A stretch of 64,000 bases of DNA from Methanomethylovorans hollandica DSM 15978 (GTDB taxonomy: Archaea; Halobacteriota; Methanosarcinia; Methanosarcinales; Methanosarcinaceae): NCBI RefSeq assembly GCF_000328665.1, contig NC_019977.1, positions 2,162,011 through 2,226,010 of the forward strand, read 5' to 3'. Within the stretch, counting starts at the first letter, position 1; each line of letters opens with the position of its first letter. The position numbers and the translations under genes were made by a program. Shown piece by piece: positions 29,035 through 40,535 of this stretch. A model generated the notes under the pieces. It saw nothing but the letters and a program-made list of their open reading frames with translations. It had not been told where the DNA came from and did no database searches.

Positions 29035-30378
29035 TTATGCATATTTTTCCACTATTTGAACCCCATTGTTCATAAGTTCCACAGCACGCTCATTTGTCCT
29101 TGACTCTGCAAATACGCGTACGATAGGTTCTGTACCTGAAGGCCTTATCAGCACCCACCCATCCGGATACCAGATCTTCACTCCATCAGTGGCATCAACT
29201 TCCATACCCCCGGTAGTTACCTCCAATTTCACTTTTTCCATGATGACTTTTGGATCGTGACACTCAACCTTTGTTTTAGAATTGAAATACACAGGTACAC
29301 TCTTTGTCATTTCTGAAAGCTTCTTTCCGTCAGCCATGATCTCCAGCAGTTTTGCACAGGACATGGCACCATCCCTACAATACTGATGCTCCGGGAAAAT
29401 AAGTCCTCCATTACCTTCGCCACCGAACACGGCTCCTACTTCCATCATCTTACGTGCAACGTTAATAGAACCTACGGCAGTCCATATAAGTTCCACACCA
29501 GCTTCTTTTGCAACATCCAGCATCCTCTGGGAAGAACTTACAGGCGTCACAATGACTCCTTTCTTCTGCTGCAGTACGTATTTTGCCATCATTGCGAGCA
29601 GAACCTCTTCATCGATGAACTCTCCATTCTCATCGAAGAACACAGCACGATCTGCATCACCATCATGTGCCACTCCCATCTGTGCCTTTTCCTTGATCAC
29701 AAGTTCTGAGAGCGATGTAAGCACATCAGGAGTGGGTTCCGGATTACGCGATGGGAATGTACCGTCAGCCTGTGCATTGATAGTAATCACCTCACACCCC
29801 AGACGGCGCAGCAGGAAAGGCAAAGTAAGGGAACCTGCCCCACACCCTGTATCAGCCACTACTTTGAACCTCCTCTGCCTGACAACATCTGCATTTATAG
29901 CGTTGATGATACCTTTTATGTAAACATCGTTGGCATTTCCATCATGCCTGAGGTCTCCCGTGTATTCCCAGGCGGCTGGCTGGAACTCCCTCGAGAAATA
30001 GATCTTTTCGATCTTTTCTTCGTCTTGCCTGGACATCTCGGTGCCATCACCGGCTATTAACTTAATACCATTGTATTCCCTGGGATTGTGGGAAGCAGTG
30101 ATGACTATTCCTGCATCGGCATGATCCCGGACATAGTATTGTACAGAAGGGGTCGGTCCAATGCCTATATCTGTTACCGTTAGCCCAGATGACAAAGCAC
30201 CCGCAATTGCAGCGGATTTCAACATTTCACCGGATATACGGGTATCTCTGCCTATGGCAACGGTGCCTTTATTACCCATGAAAGTACCCAGGCTTCTCAC
30301 AATATCCATTACCATTTGGGGCGTCATATAAGCATTAGCTATGCCCCTCACTCCATTAGTTCCGAAAAGTTTCATCAT
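29035..30378 (-). CDS. glmM: Phosphoglucosamine mutase / phosphohexomutase
   Basis: FGTNGVRG, TASHNP, DGDADR, GGEGNGG, RPSGTEP. Confidence 0.9.
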   Translation of the reverse strand: MMKLFGTNGVRGIANAYMTPQMVMDIVRSLGTFMGNKGTVAIGRDTRISGEMLKSAAIAGALSSGLTVTDIGIGPTPSVQYYVRDHADAGIVITASHNPREYNGIKLIAGDGTEMSRQDEEKIEKIYFSREFQPAAWEYTGDLRHDGNANDVYIKGIINAINADVVRQRRFKVVADTGCGAGSLTLPFLLRRLGCEVITINAQADGTFPSRNPEPTPDVLTSLSELVIKEKAQMGVAHDGDADRAVFFDENGEFIDEEVLLAMMAKYVLQQKKGVIVTPVSSSQRMLDVAKEAGVELIWTAVGSINVARKMMEVGAVFGGEGNGGLIFPEHQYCRDGAMSCAKLLEIMADGKKLSEMTKSVPVYFNSKTKVECHDPKVIMEKVKLEVTTGGMEVDATDGVKIWYPDGWVLIRPSGTEPIVRVFAESRTNERAVELMNNGVQIVEKYA

Positions 30379-30475
30379 TTATCACCAGTAGCTGGAATTA
30401 TTATGACACCGCAGTATATATTATCTTGTGGTCTGCGAGGTATAGATATACATCTTCCGAGATAGACATTACCAG

Positions 30476-31282
30476 ATGTTCCTTGGCAAAATACAACAGA
30501 TAAAGGAAGCACTTGCTTCAAAGAGAAGAGTATTGGTGGCATTTTCAGGTGGAGTGGACAGTTCCGTCCTTGCAGCCCTTGCCTTGGAAGCACTGGGAGA
30601 TAATGCACTGGCAGTGACTATCAATATGCACTCTTTGCCGGCAGGGGAACTGCAAAGGGCAAAAGATGTTGCCAGAGAGATTGGAATAAAACACAAAGTA
30701 GTAGATTTTGATGAGTTCAATGTACCCGGTTTTGTAGAGAACTCACCTGACAGGTGTTACCACTGCAAGCAGTCCGTTCTTGAAACCCTTTTTAGGGTTG
30801 CCGACGAGGGAGGATATGAAGTTGTGATAGAAGGCACGAACATCACGGAAACACGAGGTCATCGTCCTGGCATGCAGGCCGTTGAAGAAATGGCTGATAG
30901 GATCATGTCACCTTTCCTGCAGTTCGCGGTGACCAAAGACGAGATCAGGCAAATGGCAGAATATAGGGGAATGTCTATTGCCTTCAAACCTTCTTCACCA
31001 TGCCTTGCATCACGCATCCCCTATGGAAAGAAGATCACAGTTGAGATCATTGCAAGAGTAAGGTCTGCAGAAGAATACTTATCATCCATGGGTTTTACTC
31101 AATTCAGAGTCCGGTATCACGGAGATGTTGCAAGGATAGAAGTAAAGCCTTCTGATCTTCCTGCTGTGCTGCAAAGGAAAGATGATATTGTAAATGAGCT
31201 TAAAAGACTCGGGTTTCATTACGTAGCCCTTGATCTCGAAGGTTTCAGGAGTGGAAGCCTTGATGAAGTTATCAGCAGGTGA
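30476..31282 (+). CDS. larE: LarE-like ATP-dependent sulfur transferase (PP-loop)
   Basis: AFSGGVDS, RCYHCK, RPG, SPCLASRIPYG, GFRSGS. Confidence 0.88.
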   Translation: MFLGKIQQIKEALASKRRVLVAFSGGVDSSVLAALALEALGDNALAVTINMHSLPAGELQRAKDVAREIGIKHKVVDFDEFNVPGFVENSPDRCYHCKQSVLETLFRVADEGGYEVVIEGTNITETRGHRPGMQAVEEMADRIMSPFLQFAVTKDEIRQMAEYRGMSIAFKPSSPCLASRIPYGKKITVEIIARVRSAEEYLSSMGFTQFRVRYHGDVARIEVKPSDLPAVLQRKDDIVNELKRLGFHYVALDLEGFRSGSLDEVISR

Positions 31283-31739
31283 TGTTGGCTTCCGGCCTGC
31301 CACAGAGCAGGATATGCAGGATATCAAATGCATTGCTTCCACATATTTTCTGGATACGGATGGACTGGAATACAGCGATTGTATTGTGGCAACGCTACAA
31401 AACAGGATAATTGGTATTGCCTGCTTCAAGTATACGGAGTGTCCTGAGCTGCATACCATTGCAGTCCACCCTAATTACAAAGGGAAAGGCATAGGTGCAT
31501 TGCTTGCCAGGGAACTTGGGCTTACCCTATGCAAAGGTCAAAAGTGCATATATGTGCGGACCACCGTCCCGGGCTTTTTTGAAAAGGTGGGATTCGTAGC
31601 TCTGGAAAACAATATGAAAAAGGAATTGTGGGCCGATTGTGCAGGTTGCGATAGGTTTAACAACTGCAAACAAGCTGTTATGCGTCTGGAACTGCGGAGA
31701 GAAGAATATGCTGACAATGGGAATAATCAATACCTATGA
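31263..31739 (+). CDS. GNAT N-acetyltransferase (short ArgA-like)
   Basis: IAVHPNYKGKGIG, FFEKVGF, WADCAGC...C. Confidence 0.8.
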   Translation: MKLSAGDVGFRPATEQDMQDIKCIASTYFLDTDGLEYSDCIVATLQNRIIGIACFKYTECPELHTIAVHPNYKGKGIGALLARELGLTLCKGQKCIYVRTTVPGFFEKVGFVALENNMKKELWADCAGCDRFNNCKQAVMRLELRREEYADNGNNQYL

Positions 31740-32253
31740 CAAAATCAAAGTACTTGATGCTCACTACCGTGCCATCGCCAGGGCAGCTCCCATTTGCCAT
31801 GCGTTTGGATTTCGACTTGCACTGTATGATTTTCCTTTCAGTATGACTGCTGAAGAACTTGTGGAATATGTTACTGATAAGACCACCATAGGTGAATCGG
31901 GTAAATATCTCCGCCTGCTGCATGAGAAAGGCCATTTCTTTGTGTTCGATCTGCCTAAAAAGGGCTTTCAACCCCAGTTCGGGACAGCGGTCGTAACCAC
32001 CTCTAAACCTGAAAAGAAACGTGCCATAAATCCAGAAGAAATAGCAAGCGGAATACTCAGGAAAAGCTCATACCTGCTGCTTGTCGGCCTTGGCAGGAAA
32101 GGCCTTCCAAAAGAGATGTTCGAACAGGCACCACTGCACCTTGATATCACCTCAGCCGGAATATCCCTGGAAACCTGCACAGCCATTGGGTGCATTCCTG
32201 CGTATATAATGGGCATGGTGCATACTAAGCAAGAGCCGAAATCTCAGTTTTGA
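31708..32253 (+). CDS. DUF531 protein
   Basis: NTYDK...AHYRAIARAAP...GLGRKGLP...HLDIT...SLETCTAIG. Confidence 0.8.
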   Translation: MLTMGIINTYDKIKVLDAHYRAIARAAPICHAFGFRLALYDFPFSMTAEELVEYVTDKTTIGESGKYLRLLHEKGHFFVFDLPKKGFQPQFGTAVVTTSKPEKKRAINPEEIASGILRKSSYLLLVGLGRKGLPKEMFEQAPLHLDITSAGISLETCTAIGCIPAYIMGMVHTKQEPKSQF

Positions 32254-32279
32254 GGGCGGATAAAAAAAAAACAAGGCTC

Positions 32280-33764
32280 TCAGAGCCTCGGAGAAGGTGT
32301 CTTGCGCAGCCAGTCGATATCGGACTGATATAGCTCACGCAGGTCCTTAAGTTCCAGCTTGAGCATTGCCAAGCGGCTTACTCCCAAACCCCAGGCAAGC
32401 ACGGGGTAATTAATACCAAGAGGATGTGTAACTTCCTTCCTGAACACGCCTGCACCTCCAAGCTCTACCCAGCCAAGTCCTTCAACGTAGACCTCGGGTT
32501 CCACACTGGGTTCAGTATATGGGAAATAACCCGGCCTGAAGCGCACATCCTTGAAACCCATTCTGTGATAGAACTCCGAAAGCAAGCCTAGGAGATGGGC
32601 AAAGGTCATATCCTTGTCCATCACCACACCTTCCAGTTGCTCGAATTCCGGTGTGTGGGTAGGATCAATGGTTTCACGCCTGTATGCCCTGTCAATGGAG
32701 AATGCCTTGATAGGTGGCTTGGGATTATCTGCAAGGTATTTGATAGTCACAGCAGTGGTATGAGTTCTCAGAACATTCTTGCAGGCGATATCCTCGCTCC
32801 ACTTGCCACCCCATCCCTTTGATGCAAGATCTCCTCCATGCTCATGCATGGCACATACCTTGTCTTTGTACTCCTCAGGAAGTTCTGAGGTTTCTTTAAG
32901 GTGGAAGGTATCCTGCATCTCCCTTGCAGGATGGTCCTGGGGCTGGAACAAAGCGTCAAAGTTCCAGAAAGAGCTCTGCACAATATCTCCTTTTATTTCA
33001 GTGAAGCCCATTTCCAGGAAGATCTGGCGCATCTGATCGATAAGGCGCTGGTAAGGATGTACCTTGGCAGCATAAACAGCACGAGGAGGCGTATGAATAT
33101 TATAAGATCTGAAGTTTTTCTCTTTCCATTCTCCACTTTTGAGCATCTCGGAAGTGATCTGGGTGACCTCTTCCTCGATAGTTATGCCCTCAAGCACTAG
33201 TTCCTTACCTGCAGAAGTCAGAACGATGGACCTTAACTTCTCTTCATTTCTGACAACAAGTTTACGTTTAATGAGATCCTGAATAATAGTGTTGTCCACT
33301 CCCAACTGGTCAAGTGCAACTTTTCCACTTCTTAAACTGGCAAGAGCCTTTTCATCATTTCCCACCTCTGCCTTACCTGAAGGGATGACACTTCCCTGTT
33401 CTATATTTGCCCATCCTTTACGGCGGACCCAGCCAGTAGCAATGCCCACGATTTTAGGTGATACTTTCTCCTTGAGCTCTTCCAGAGAAGTAGGACCAGA
33501 CATTGCTGAGATCATTTGTCTCTCAGGAAGACCACACCTCGCATACTCGTCACCCTCCGAGGTAAGGTTATAAGACTCTATGATCTGCTCGGAGACATCA
33601 GCAAGCCCTTTCTCCTGTAGCATAAAAGCAGACTGGGCAACAGTCTCTACCTTAAGTCCGGACATCTGCGCAAGTTCTGTAGGACTCAAATTACCTTGCT
33701 TCCCAAGATCGATCAGAACAATTTTCTCATTAGTAGTAAGATTATACTGGCGGTTCATTGTCAC
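32280..33764 (-). CDS. pheS: Phenylalanine--tRNA ligase alpha subunit
   Basis: [40 protein letters not shown]. Confidence 0.97.
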   Translation of the reverse strand: MTMNRQYNLTTNEKIVLIDLGKQGNLSPTELAQMSGLKVETVAQSAFMLQEKGLADVSEQIIESYNLTSEGDEYARCGLPERQMISAMSGPTSLEELKEKVSPKIVGIATGWVRRKGWANIEQGSVIPSGKAEVGNDEKALASLRSGKVALDQLGVDNTIIQDLIKRKLVVRNEEKLRSIVLTSAGKELVLEGITIEEEVTQITSEMLKSGEWKEKNFRSYNIHTPPRAVYAAKVHPYQRLIDQMRQIFLEMGFTEIKGDIVQSSFWNFDALFQPQDHPAREMQDTFHLKETSELPEEYKDKVCAMHEHGGDLASKGWGGKWSEDIACKNVLRTHTTAVTIKYLADNPKPPIKAFSIDRAYRRETIDPTHTPEFEQLEGVVMDKDMTFAHLLGLLSEFYHRMGFKDVRFRPGYFPYTEPSVEPEVYVEGLGWVELGGAGVFRKEVTHPLGINYPVLAWGLGVSRLAMLKLELKDLRELYQSDIDWLRKTPSPRL

Positions 33765-33788
33765 ACCTTATGTAAATGATAGTTGAAT

Positions 33789-35087
33789 TCATAAACAGTA
33801 CTCATCAAGCCTTTCCCTTGCAAGTTCTCTTTTCTCCTGGTGTTCCTTCAGGAACTTCTCCATCCTTTCTGCAGCAAGGTTCTTACAACTGCCACAGGTC
33901 CTCTGGCCTGTGACACATGCTTCATGTATCTGTAAAAGTTCCTGGTCATCTTCTAGGAGGTGGAAAAGCAAAAGATCATATACAGAACATTTATCTGGCT
34001 CACCACCCAGTTTTTTTTGCTCTTCAAGGCTAATGCGCCCTCCTGTCTTTGCACGCTTTACTTTTTTTGCACCTTCTCTGGGATCGTCAAGAAGAGCTAT
34101 ATGGCTTTCAGGAATACTGCTTGACATCTTTCCGCCCTGTAGGCCGGACATGAAGCGATGGTAGGTGGATGCAGGCGGTACGAAAGCATATCCCCCATAA
34201 CGCAGTTCAACATCCCTGACAGTCCTTAGCAATTCCTCAAAGTTATCAGCACCAAGAACATCCAGATGACCTTCGAAGAGCTTTGTGTTTCCGGGAATAG
34301 TATCATGCAGTTCCTCCAGTGCCCCCTGGGGAGCTGCTTTACTGCGTATACTAAAATAATGTTGCCCGTCTTTATTTTCTCTGCCCTCTATTTTGAACAT
34401 GTTCATTTTATGGGCAAGTCCCCGGGTAAGACGCATATGAGGGTCCTGGTCAGCGCCTACAGGGATAACAGTTGGCTTTGGACCCCCATGATCCTCAAGT
34501 TGGGGATGAAGAATATCAGCACTTTGAGTTATTGCACTGACCATATGGGAAACGCTTGTTTCCCCTGTGAACCCATAGATGGCACTTAGTTCTGAAAAGT
34601 TTGCCTTTGAGCCAAGCTCAAAAGAAAGGTCTTTCACATTATCCGAAGACGACTGGAAATAAATGTGCCCATGAGGTTCAAAACCAAGAGCTATTAAGCT
34701 TACAATATACTCATTGATGCCCGTATCCCTGCATTTCTCCCACGATATACCCCTTACCGAATGAGCTTCACGATCAGCTATCCCTACAAAAGCGTCTGCA
34801 CCTTTCTGCTGATGCCATATAATTTCCTCCATAACCATCTTATGACCAAGATGTATATGCCCGGAGGGCATGAATCCGCTCATTACAGCAAATGGTTCCT
34901 TATTCTGCATTGCATCAAGCACATACTCATAACTGCGATGGCCGAAGATCACTTTTCTGCGCATTAACCTGTGAGGATTGTCTATGCGAGGATATAGATC
35001 ATCGAACGGCATTATACCAAATTCCTCAAATAATTTGGAATAATCTACGATGTTAGTTGAACTCCATGGATCTATTTTTACATTCAT
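33789..35087 (-). CDS. trpS: Tryptophan--tRNA ligase
   Basis: HLGH, GADQDPH, KMSSS. Confidence 0.96.
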   Translation of the reverse strand: MNVKIDPWSSTNIVDYSKLFEEFGIMPFDDLYPRIDNPHRLMRRKVIFGHRSYEYVLDAMQNKEPFAVMSGFMPSGHIHLGHKMVMEEIIWHQQKGADAFVGIADREAHSVRGISWEKCRDTGINEYIVSLIALGFEPHGHIYFQSSSDNVKDLSFELGSKANFSELSAIYGFTGETSVSHMVSAITQSADILHPQLEDHGGPKPTVIPVGADQDPHMRLTRGLAHKMNMFKIEGRENKDGQHYFSIRSKAAPQGALEELHDTIPGNTKLFEGHLDVLGADNFEELLRTVRDVELRYGGYAFVPPASTYHRFMSGLQGGKMSSSIPESHIALLDDPREGAKKVKRAKTGGRISLEEQKKLGGEPDKCSVYDLLLFHLLEDDQELLQIHEACVTGQRTCGSCKNLAAERMEKFLKEHQEKRELARERLDEYCL

Positions 35088-35193
35088 GAGGGATCTAGGT
35101 CCTGTGTATATTGATATATCATGTATGCCGCTGGCTACCTGGCAATAGTAGAAACACGTAGTTATATGTAAATGTTCTTATTGCAGATGGAGA

Positions 35194-36411
35194 TCATCTG
35201 GGTTCTTTTTCCAGCAACCTGAAATCATATGGTGCAGACTCATCCTGCGGGATACCTCTCACCAGTTCAAGAAATGCAGGCTCATGCATTTTGCAGGTAT
35301 AACGCTCTCCCCTGTAATATGGGCTTTTGCGTATCCTTTTCCATATAGTCTTCAGAGACTCTTCACTGACATTACCATAACTGAAAGGAATATAAGGACA
35401 TGCTTTTACAGAACCTTCGACACATACATGTAGCCAGCGCTGTCCAGCCATGCATCCCAGCATACGTCCTTCAAAGTACGTATTTGCGAATATGCGCGGT
35501 CCACCCTTTGAGGAATTGATACGCCGATACATGTCTAGGATCTCTTTACGCTGCAGATCGGAAAGTATGGGATCTTCCGGTTTCTTGGGAATGCTTTCCC
35601 ACAGAGAAAATTCATGTACGCCCAAAGATGTTGCCATTTCATACATCGCAGGCAGCTCATCAATATTCCCGGGAGAAACGTGTGTACACATTGTAACCAG
35701 CAATCCGGCCTCAAGTCCTATTTTCATAGCAGAGGTTGCCTTTTCAAATGCACCTTCAAGCCTGCGGACCTCATCATGTTTCCGTGGCTCAGTGGAATAT
35801 ATACTAATCAGAAGATTATACAGTCCTGCTTCTTTGAGCCTCCTTGCGGCCTCCGGAGTCATTTCAGTACCTGGAGTGTACATATTGACGATGGCACGCT
35901 CCTTATCAACATATTCTATAAGCTCGAATATGTCCTCGCGAAGCATGGGGTCTCCCTCCGTAAAAGTGATTATGAAAGCTCCCATGTCCAATGCTTCATC
36001 AATGACTTTTTTCACAGAGGAAGTGTCAAGTTCGCCCTCTCCACCACTTATCACACAATGCGCACACTGGCACTTACATTTGCGTGTGATCTCAAAGGAT
36101 ACAGTCTCTGGTACATACCTGCCAAGTGCGGTCTGGACCTCTGCAAGCAACAACCTGTTAAAAACTTTACCCGGAATAGGAGGAAGCCACGTGGAAGCCA
36201 CGATATAGTCTTCCGTTACAAGAGCAGGCTTTTCGTCCTTAAGACGGGAGTTGATCATATTCAGAAAAGGAGTACATGCCCTTTTGAGGGGACCTTTTGC
36301 TTCAAGTTTGAGAAACACATCATTCTTATGTAATTTAATGGTGAGCCCGGATATAGATACAAGAGTGATATCATTTTCAGGACTGTTTATGGAATATTCA
36401 GCAGAATTCAT
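35194..36411 (-). CDS. Radical SAM protein with SPASM/twitch-like domain
   Basis: CKCQCAHC (CxxxCxxC), EGDP, GCMAG...KACP. Confidence 0.88.
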   Translation of the reverse strand: MNSAEYSINSPENDITLVSISGLTIKLHKNDVFLKLEAKGPLKRACTPFLNMINSRLKDEKPALVTEDYIVASTWLPPIPGKVFNRLLLAEVQTALGRYVPETVSFEITRKCKCQCAHCVISGGEGELDTSSVKKVIDEALDMGAFIITFTEGDPMLREDIFELIEYVDKERAIVNMYTPGTEMTPEAARRLKEAGLYNLLISIYSTEPRKHDEVRRLEGAFEKATSAMKIGLEAGLLVTMCTHVSPGNIDELPAMYEMATSLGVHEFSLWESIPKKPEDPILSDLQRKEILDMYRRINSSKGGPRIFANTYFEGRMLGCMAGQRWLHVCVEGSVKACPYIPFSYGNVSEESLKTIWKRIRKSPYYRGERYTCKMHEPAFLELVRGIPQDESAPYDFRLLEKEPR

Positions 36412-36592
36412 CTATATGCTCCTTTTTTTGAGGAGTGCTGCGGAAAACATCTCCTTTCTGACCCCGGAGAGAGCCGCGAGGATCAATAACTATCCCTGCA
36501 CCCGGCCCCCCGGCGAGCAGAATCACATCATCTTCGATAAAACCGCCTTTGATCAGTTCATCAAAACCAGGTATCCCTGTAGGCACTCTCAT
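36398..36592 (-). pseudogene. Truncated KaiC/RAD55-like ATPase remnant
   Basis: [18 protein letters not shown]...LLAGGPGAG joined directly to IVIDP; only 64 codons. Confidence 0.7.
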
Positions 36593-36674
36593 AAAAGAAC
36601 CTTCAAGTAATATTGGATAGGGGATTATATATGATATATACAATCCAATATCCTTTATGCCTGTCTATTGCCTT

Positions 36675-37283
36675 TCAAACCCTTTCTGCAAAGGCAAGAT
36701 TACCGCTGATTCTCTTGATCCTGGCTTTAACGGTTTGCCCTTTTGAGGTGTTAGGAACGAATATAGTGTACTTGGATAATTTAGCTATCCCATCACCTTT
36801 CGAACCGACGGAATCTATCATCAGTTCATATTCCTTTCCTTCTTCGAGCTCATTTTTCGGAGCCTGAGCTACTGCACGTCTCTTTTTAACTGGCCTGTGA
36901 CCACCACATGCCGAACACCTGAGCATAAGTACCCTGTCGACTTTGACAAGCTGCGTATCCGGACGACCACATTCAGAACAGATGACATATTCTTCAACAT
37001 AAGCATCTATGTTGGATTTTATCATCTCTTTAGTGAAACGGCCCTGAAATACAGCTCTATTTCCCTCTATTTTGCCTGCCGTACCGAGTTCCCGGGTCAT
37101 GTACTTCATCAAGTGGTCCGGGTCCCTGTTGAATACATCCGCTATGTTGCCAAAATTATCCAGGAGGGTAGTTTTTCCTTCAACCATTAACCTGGGTTCG
37201 GGGACCACAAAACGTTCACCAGTGGTTTCCATGTCAGGCAGATCGGCCAACGCGCGGTCAAGCAACTTCTCATAGCTATCCAT
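36675..37283 (-). CDS. eif2b: Translation initiation factor aIF-2 beta with C-terminal TRAM domain
   Basis: [16 protein letters not shown]...[17 protein letters not shown]. Confidence 0.95.
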   Translation of the reverse strand: MDSYEKLLDRALADLPDMETTGERFVVPEPRLMVEGKTTLLDNFGNIADVFNRDPDHLMKYMTRELGTAGKIEGNRAVFQGRFTKEMIKSNIDAYVEEYVICSECGRPDTQLVKVDRVLMLRCSACGGHRPVKKRRAVAQAPKNELEEGKEYELMIDSVGSKGDGIAKLSKYTIFVPNTSKGQTVKARIKRISGNLAFAERV

Positions 37284-37315
37284 ATTAATACCTCAGGAAC
37301 ACCGGGTATAAAGAT

Positions 37316-37834
37316 TTACTGTACAAGTTCAAGTCCCTGGTCAATTACTATCCTCACCGGAGTGGGAAGTTTATGACCGGCACGTCTCAGTGCATCCTTA
37401 GCGATAGCATAATTCTCTTTGTTCACGGATATCGTAAAGATCTTCTGCCCGGCAGACATCCTGGCAGCAGTTCCTACATTTTTCCCGTAGGCACCCCTCA
37501 TACCGCTTGATACACGGTCTGCACCTGCACCAGTTGCCTGCTTATTCTCTCTTAGAACTTCATGGGGATACACTCTGAGCTTCAAATGGAAACCTGTACG
37601 ACCGGCTGCAGTCGTTATAGCCCTGTTGGCAGTGATACGTGCAGCTTCAAGAGCAGTATGCCTGATCTGGCATCTCTCTTTCACAATGAGAGAGATTTTT
37701 ACGGGGAAATCTTCAGTTTTGCTACCCATATCGTAGTGAATGACCTGGCTTCCCGGAACACCACCCATGTATTTCCTGCGGGTGAATGAACGTTGTCTGA
37801 CGTTCCTGTACATACTTGCTGGCTTTCTTACCAT
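37316..37834 (-). CDS. rpl10e: 50S ribosomal protein uL16 (L10e)
   Basis: [24 protein letters not shown]. Confidence 0.97.
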   Translation of the reverse strand: MVRKPASMYRNVRQRSFTRRKYMGGVPGSQVIHYDMGSKTEDFPVKISLIVKERCQIRHTALEAARITANRAITTAAGRTGFHLKLRVYPHEVLRENKQATGAGADRVSSGMRGAYGKNVGTAARMSAGQKIFTISVNKENYAIAKDALRRAGHKLPTPVRIVIDQGLELVQ

Positions 37835-38053
37835 GAATAAAATCTCCTTTAATTTATGACTAAGTCCTCAGAATAGAATCTGGGTCCTTATAGATAATGT
37901 AGGTATTTGAATCTGTTGAGCCCTCTGGCAAATTACTTAGAGTAGAGGCTTTTCCTTTACTACCTTGTAGTTTATAAGCCTTATTGCCCAGTATCCATTG
38001 ATCCTGCCGCGCATCGAGTGATTCATATAGATTATTCTTCAATAAACACTATT

Positions 38054-38599
38054 ATGCAATCCTCAACACCACGATCCCACAAAATATCTATAAAAGAAAA
38101 TATACGATTTGCGCTCATAACCGTTTCAACATCGAGGTTCGAAAAATATGGTCGTGCAAGATCGCCACAGGAGGCTGAAGACCTGTCCGGAGATCGGATG
38201 TACACCAAAGTCAAGGATAACGGGCATGAGGTTATATCGTATTCATTGGTTCCCGACGATACAGTATTTATCCGGGATCTGATCTCCCGTATGATAGACG
38301 AGGATGTAGACGTTATAGTGACCAGCGGTGGCACCGGATTAAGTCCTGACGATGTGACCATAGAAGCTATATCTCCTCTGTTCCACAAGGAAATACATGG
38401 TTTTGGAGAATACTTCAGATACCTCAGTATAGGACAGATCGGCAGTTCTGTGGTCCTCACAAGAGCTTGTGCTGGCATAGTGGGAAACAAAGTGATATTT
38501 TGTCTTCCGGGTTCACCAAACGCAGTGGATCTCGCGTTTTCTGAAGTAATCCTGCCTGAAGCAGGTCATATTTTGAAGCATGTTGGAAAGGTAGCGTGA
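38054..38599 (+). CDS. moaB: Molybdenum cofactor biosynthesis protein MoaB/MogA
   Basis: ITVSTSR, DLSG, SGGTG...DVTIEA, LPGSPNA. Confidence 0.92.
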   Translation: MQSSTPRSHKISIKENIRFALITVSTSRFEKYGRARSPQEAEDLSGDRMYTKVKDNGHEVISYSLVPDDTVFIRDLISRMIDEDVDVIVTSGGTGLSPDDVTIEAISPLFHKEIHGFGEYFRYLSIGQIGSSVVLTRACAGIVGNKVIFCLPGSPNAVDLAFSEVILPEAGHILKHVGKVA

Positions 38600-38716
38600 A
38601 AGGAAGTTTTTATAATACCTGTTATATACCAGTAAAGATATTATTTATGACAACAATTTGACAGTTAGATAGATAATAAGGACAAATAATAAATAGGATC
38701 TTTCAGAAGGTTGTGC

Positions 38717-39418
38717 ATGGCAGGATATTCATTAGGCATCAAAGAGCTAGATGAGATCCTTGGTGAAATCAGGGAGGGAACCAATATCATGATGATAGGT
38801 CCTCCTATGAGTTCTAAAGATGAGCTCCTTAACTTGATCGTTTATAGCGGCTTTATCAATGGTAATTCATCCATAATCGTATCCACCAGAGAAACAGGTG
38901 AGAGGTTCTTCGAGTGGTTCGATCGTAATGAAATAAATATATCAGAAGCTAATATAGGCATAGTTGATTGCGTTACCAAGACACTTGGAATGGGGGCTTC
39001 TGAAACAGAGAGGATAAAACGTGCTTCAAGCCCGGTGGATCTGACAGGCATTGGAGTTAAGATCAGCCAGTTCTTTGAGGACTTTGTGCTGAAAAAAAAA
39101 GTACCTCAGAACAGACTTTGTATAAACTCCCTTTCAACGATCCTCATGTATTCCAACCTGCAGACTGTGTTCAAATTTCTTCATGTGTTCACCGGAAGAA
39201 TGAAAGCAGCAAATGGATTAGGAATATACGTAGTAGAGGATGGAATGCATGATCTTCAAGCCATAACTACCCTCCAGCAGCTTTTTGATGGCATGATAGA
39301 GATCCATGCAAGTGGCGAACATCACTGCTTGCGTGTAGTGGGATTGACACCAAAGCCAACTCCCTGGTTTGAGTATGAGATCGAAGGCAGCCACCTGAAA
39401 CTAAAAGAATGCAAATAA
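38717..39418 (+). CDS. RAD55/KaiC-like RecA-fold protein with degenerate Walker motifs
   Basis: SLGIKELDEILG, GPPMSSK, VDLTGIG, CINSLST, FDGMIE. Confidence 0.8.
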   Translation: MAGYSLGIKELDEILGEIREGTNIMMIGPPMSSKDELLNLIVYSGFINGNSSIIVSTRETGERFFEWFDRNEINISEANIGIVDCVTKTLGMGASETERIKRASSPVDLTGIGVKISQFFEDFVLKKKVPQNRLCINSLSTILMYSNLQTVFKFLHVFTGRMKAANGLGIYVVEDGMHDLQAITTLQQLFDGMIEIHASGEHHCLRVVGLTPKPTPWFEYEIEGSHLKLKECK

Positions 39419-39557
39419 AGGAAGGCTACCCACAAAAATATATTTCAATCTATTACTCATTTCTATCAATTGATATACAATTCACATTGTACCAATTGTA
39501 TAGTACTACTCTTTTATATCACAGGATATTTGAACATTAAGATAATTGAGGATACCC

Positions 39558-39818
39558 ATGGACAAAGACAAATTATACAAACTAAAAGTAGAAGCTTCAC
39601 AACTGAAACCCATAATGAACATTGGTAAGAACGGAATTACTGATGCAGTGGTGGAAGAAATAAGGAAGCATCTTAAAGCCAACCGCCTGATCAAAATAAA
39701 AATGCTAAAAAGCTCCAGAGAAGAAAAAGATACAACAACAATAGCCGGAGAACTTGCACAGGTCACAGCCTCTCAAATAATAGAAATAAGAGGTAATAAC
39801 GTAGTACTGTACAGGTGA
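39558..39818 (+). CDS. YhbY/CRM RNA-binding protein
   Basis: LKPIMNIGKNG, LIKIK, GNNVVLYR. Confidence 0.92.
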   Translation: MDKDKLYKLKVEASQLKPIMNIGKNGITDAVVEEIRKHLKANRLIKIKMLKSSREEKDTTTIAGELAQVTASQIIEIRGNNVVLYR

Positions 39819-39824
39819 ATAAGG

Positions 39825-40151
39825 TTATTTATGAACCACTGAAGGAGGTATTACCTCCACTTCCTGCAGTATCATTAGCTCACGCGGAAGCATCTGGCGC
39901 AGTTTTGGGATTATTGACCGGATCTTATCCTCCGCATCAACTGCCTGCACTATTATGGGCAGGTCTGCACCAAGCCTTAGCACATTTGCCGTATGGATCA
40001 CATGATCCACACCATAACCTGCTATACAATGATGTACAGTTACTCCCGCTATGCCTGCTTTTTTAAAGAATTCGATCACAGCATGATATGCAGCCTTTCC
40101 ACGATACGAATCCTTTTCGCTCAGGTATATCCTAAGGATAACATGCTTCAT
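39825..40151 (-). CDS. DUF190 (PII-like) protein
   Basis: LRIYLSEKD, GIAGVTV, DLPIIV; typical crcB neighbour. Confidence 0.88.
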   Translation of the reverse strand: MKHVILRIYLSEKDSYRGKAAYHAVIEFFKKAGIAGVTVHHCIAGYGVDHVIHTANVLRLGADLPIIVQAVDAEDKIRSIIPKLRQMLPRELMILQEVEVIPPSVVHK

Positions 40152-40174
40152 TATATTTTATTATCTGACACTTA

Positions 40175-40534
40175 TTAGATTAAGTTTACCAGCAACTGGC
40201 CTGCCTTCACGGATGCCAGGCATATGACCAGGTTGAGTCCTATATTGAGAACAAAATAACTTAGTTCGTTCTCCTCCAGCAGACGAAAACTCTCATACGA
40301 GAAAGTGGAGAATGTGGTGAAGGAGCCCAGTATGCCGATGTTCACTAAGTATAAGATCCCGCCATTGGCTCCTGAGAAGGTCAGACAGGAGAGTATGAAG
40401 CTCCCAACAACGTTCACCGTCAGAGTGCCTGCAGGGATCACAGATAGCCTCGGCATTGCTCCGGCTACAAGGTAGCGCAAAATTGCACCTATAGTGCCGC
40501 CGATGCCAACAAGCAATAAGGCGGAGTATGACGT
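40175..40534 (-). CDS. crcB: Fluoride channel Fluc/CrcB, second copy (start uncertain)
   Basis: GGTIGAILRY, GTLTVNVVGSF, GILGSFTTFSTF. Confidence 0.88.
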   Translation of the reverse strand, partial: TSYSALLLVGIGGTIGAILRYLVAGAMPRLSVIPAGTLTVNVVGSFILSCLTFSGANGGILYLVNIGILGSFTTFSTFSYESFRLLEENELSYFVLNIGLNLVICLASVKAGQLLVNLI

Positions 40535-40535
40535 G

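Noticed and set aside
35450..36333. Two long plus-strand ORFs (252 and 239 aa)
   Set aside because: Antisense to the radical SAM gene; composition typical of shadow frames
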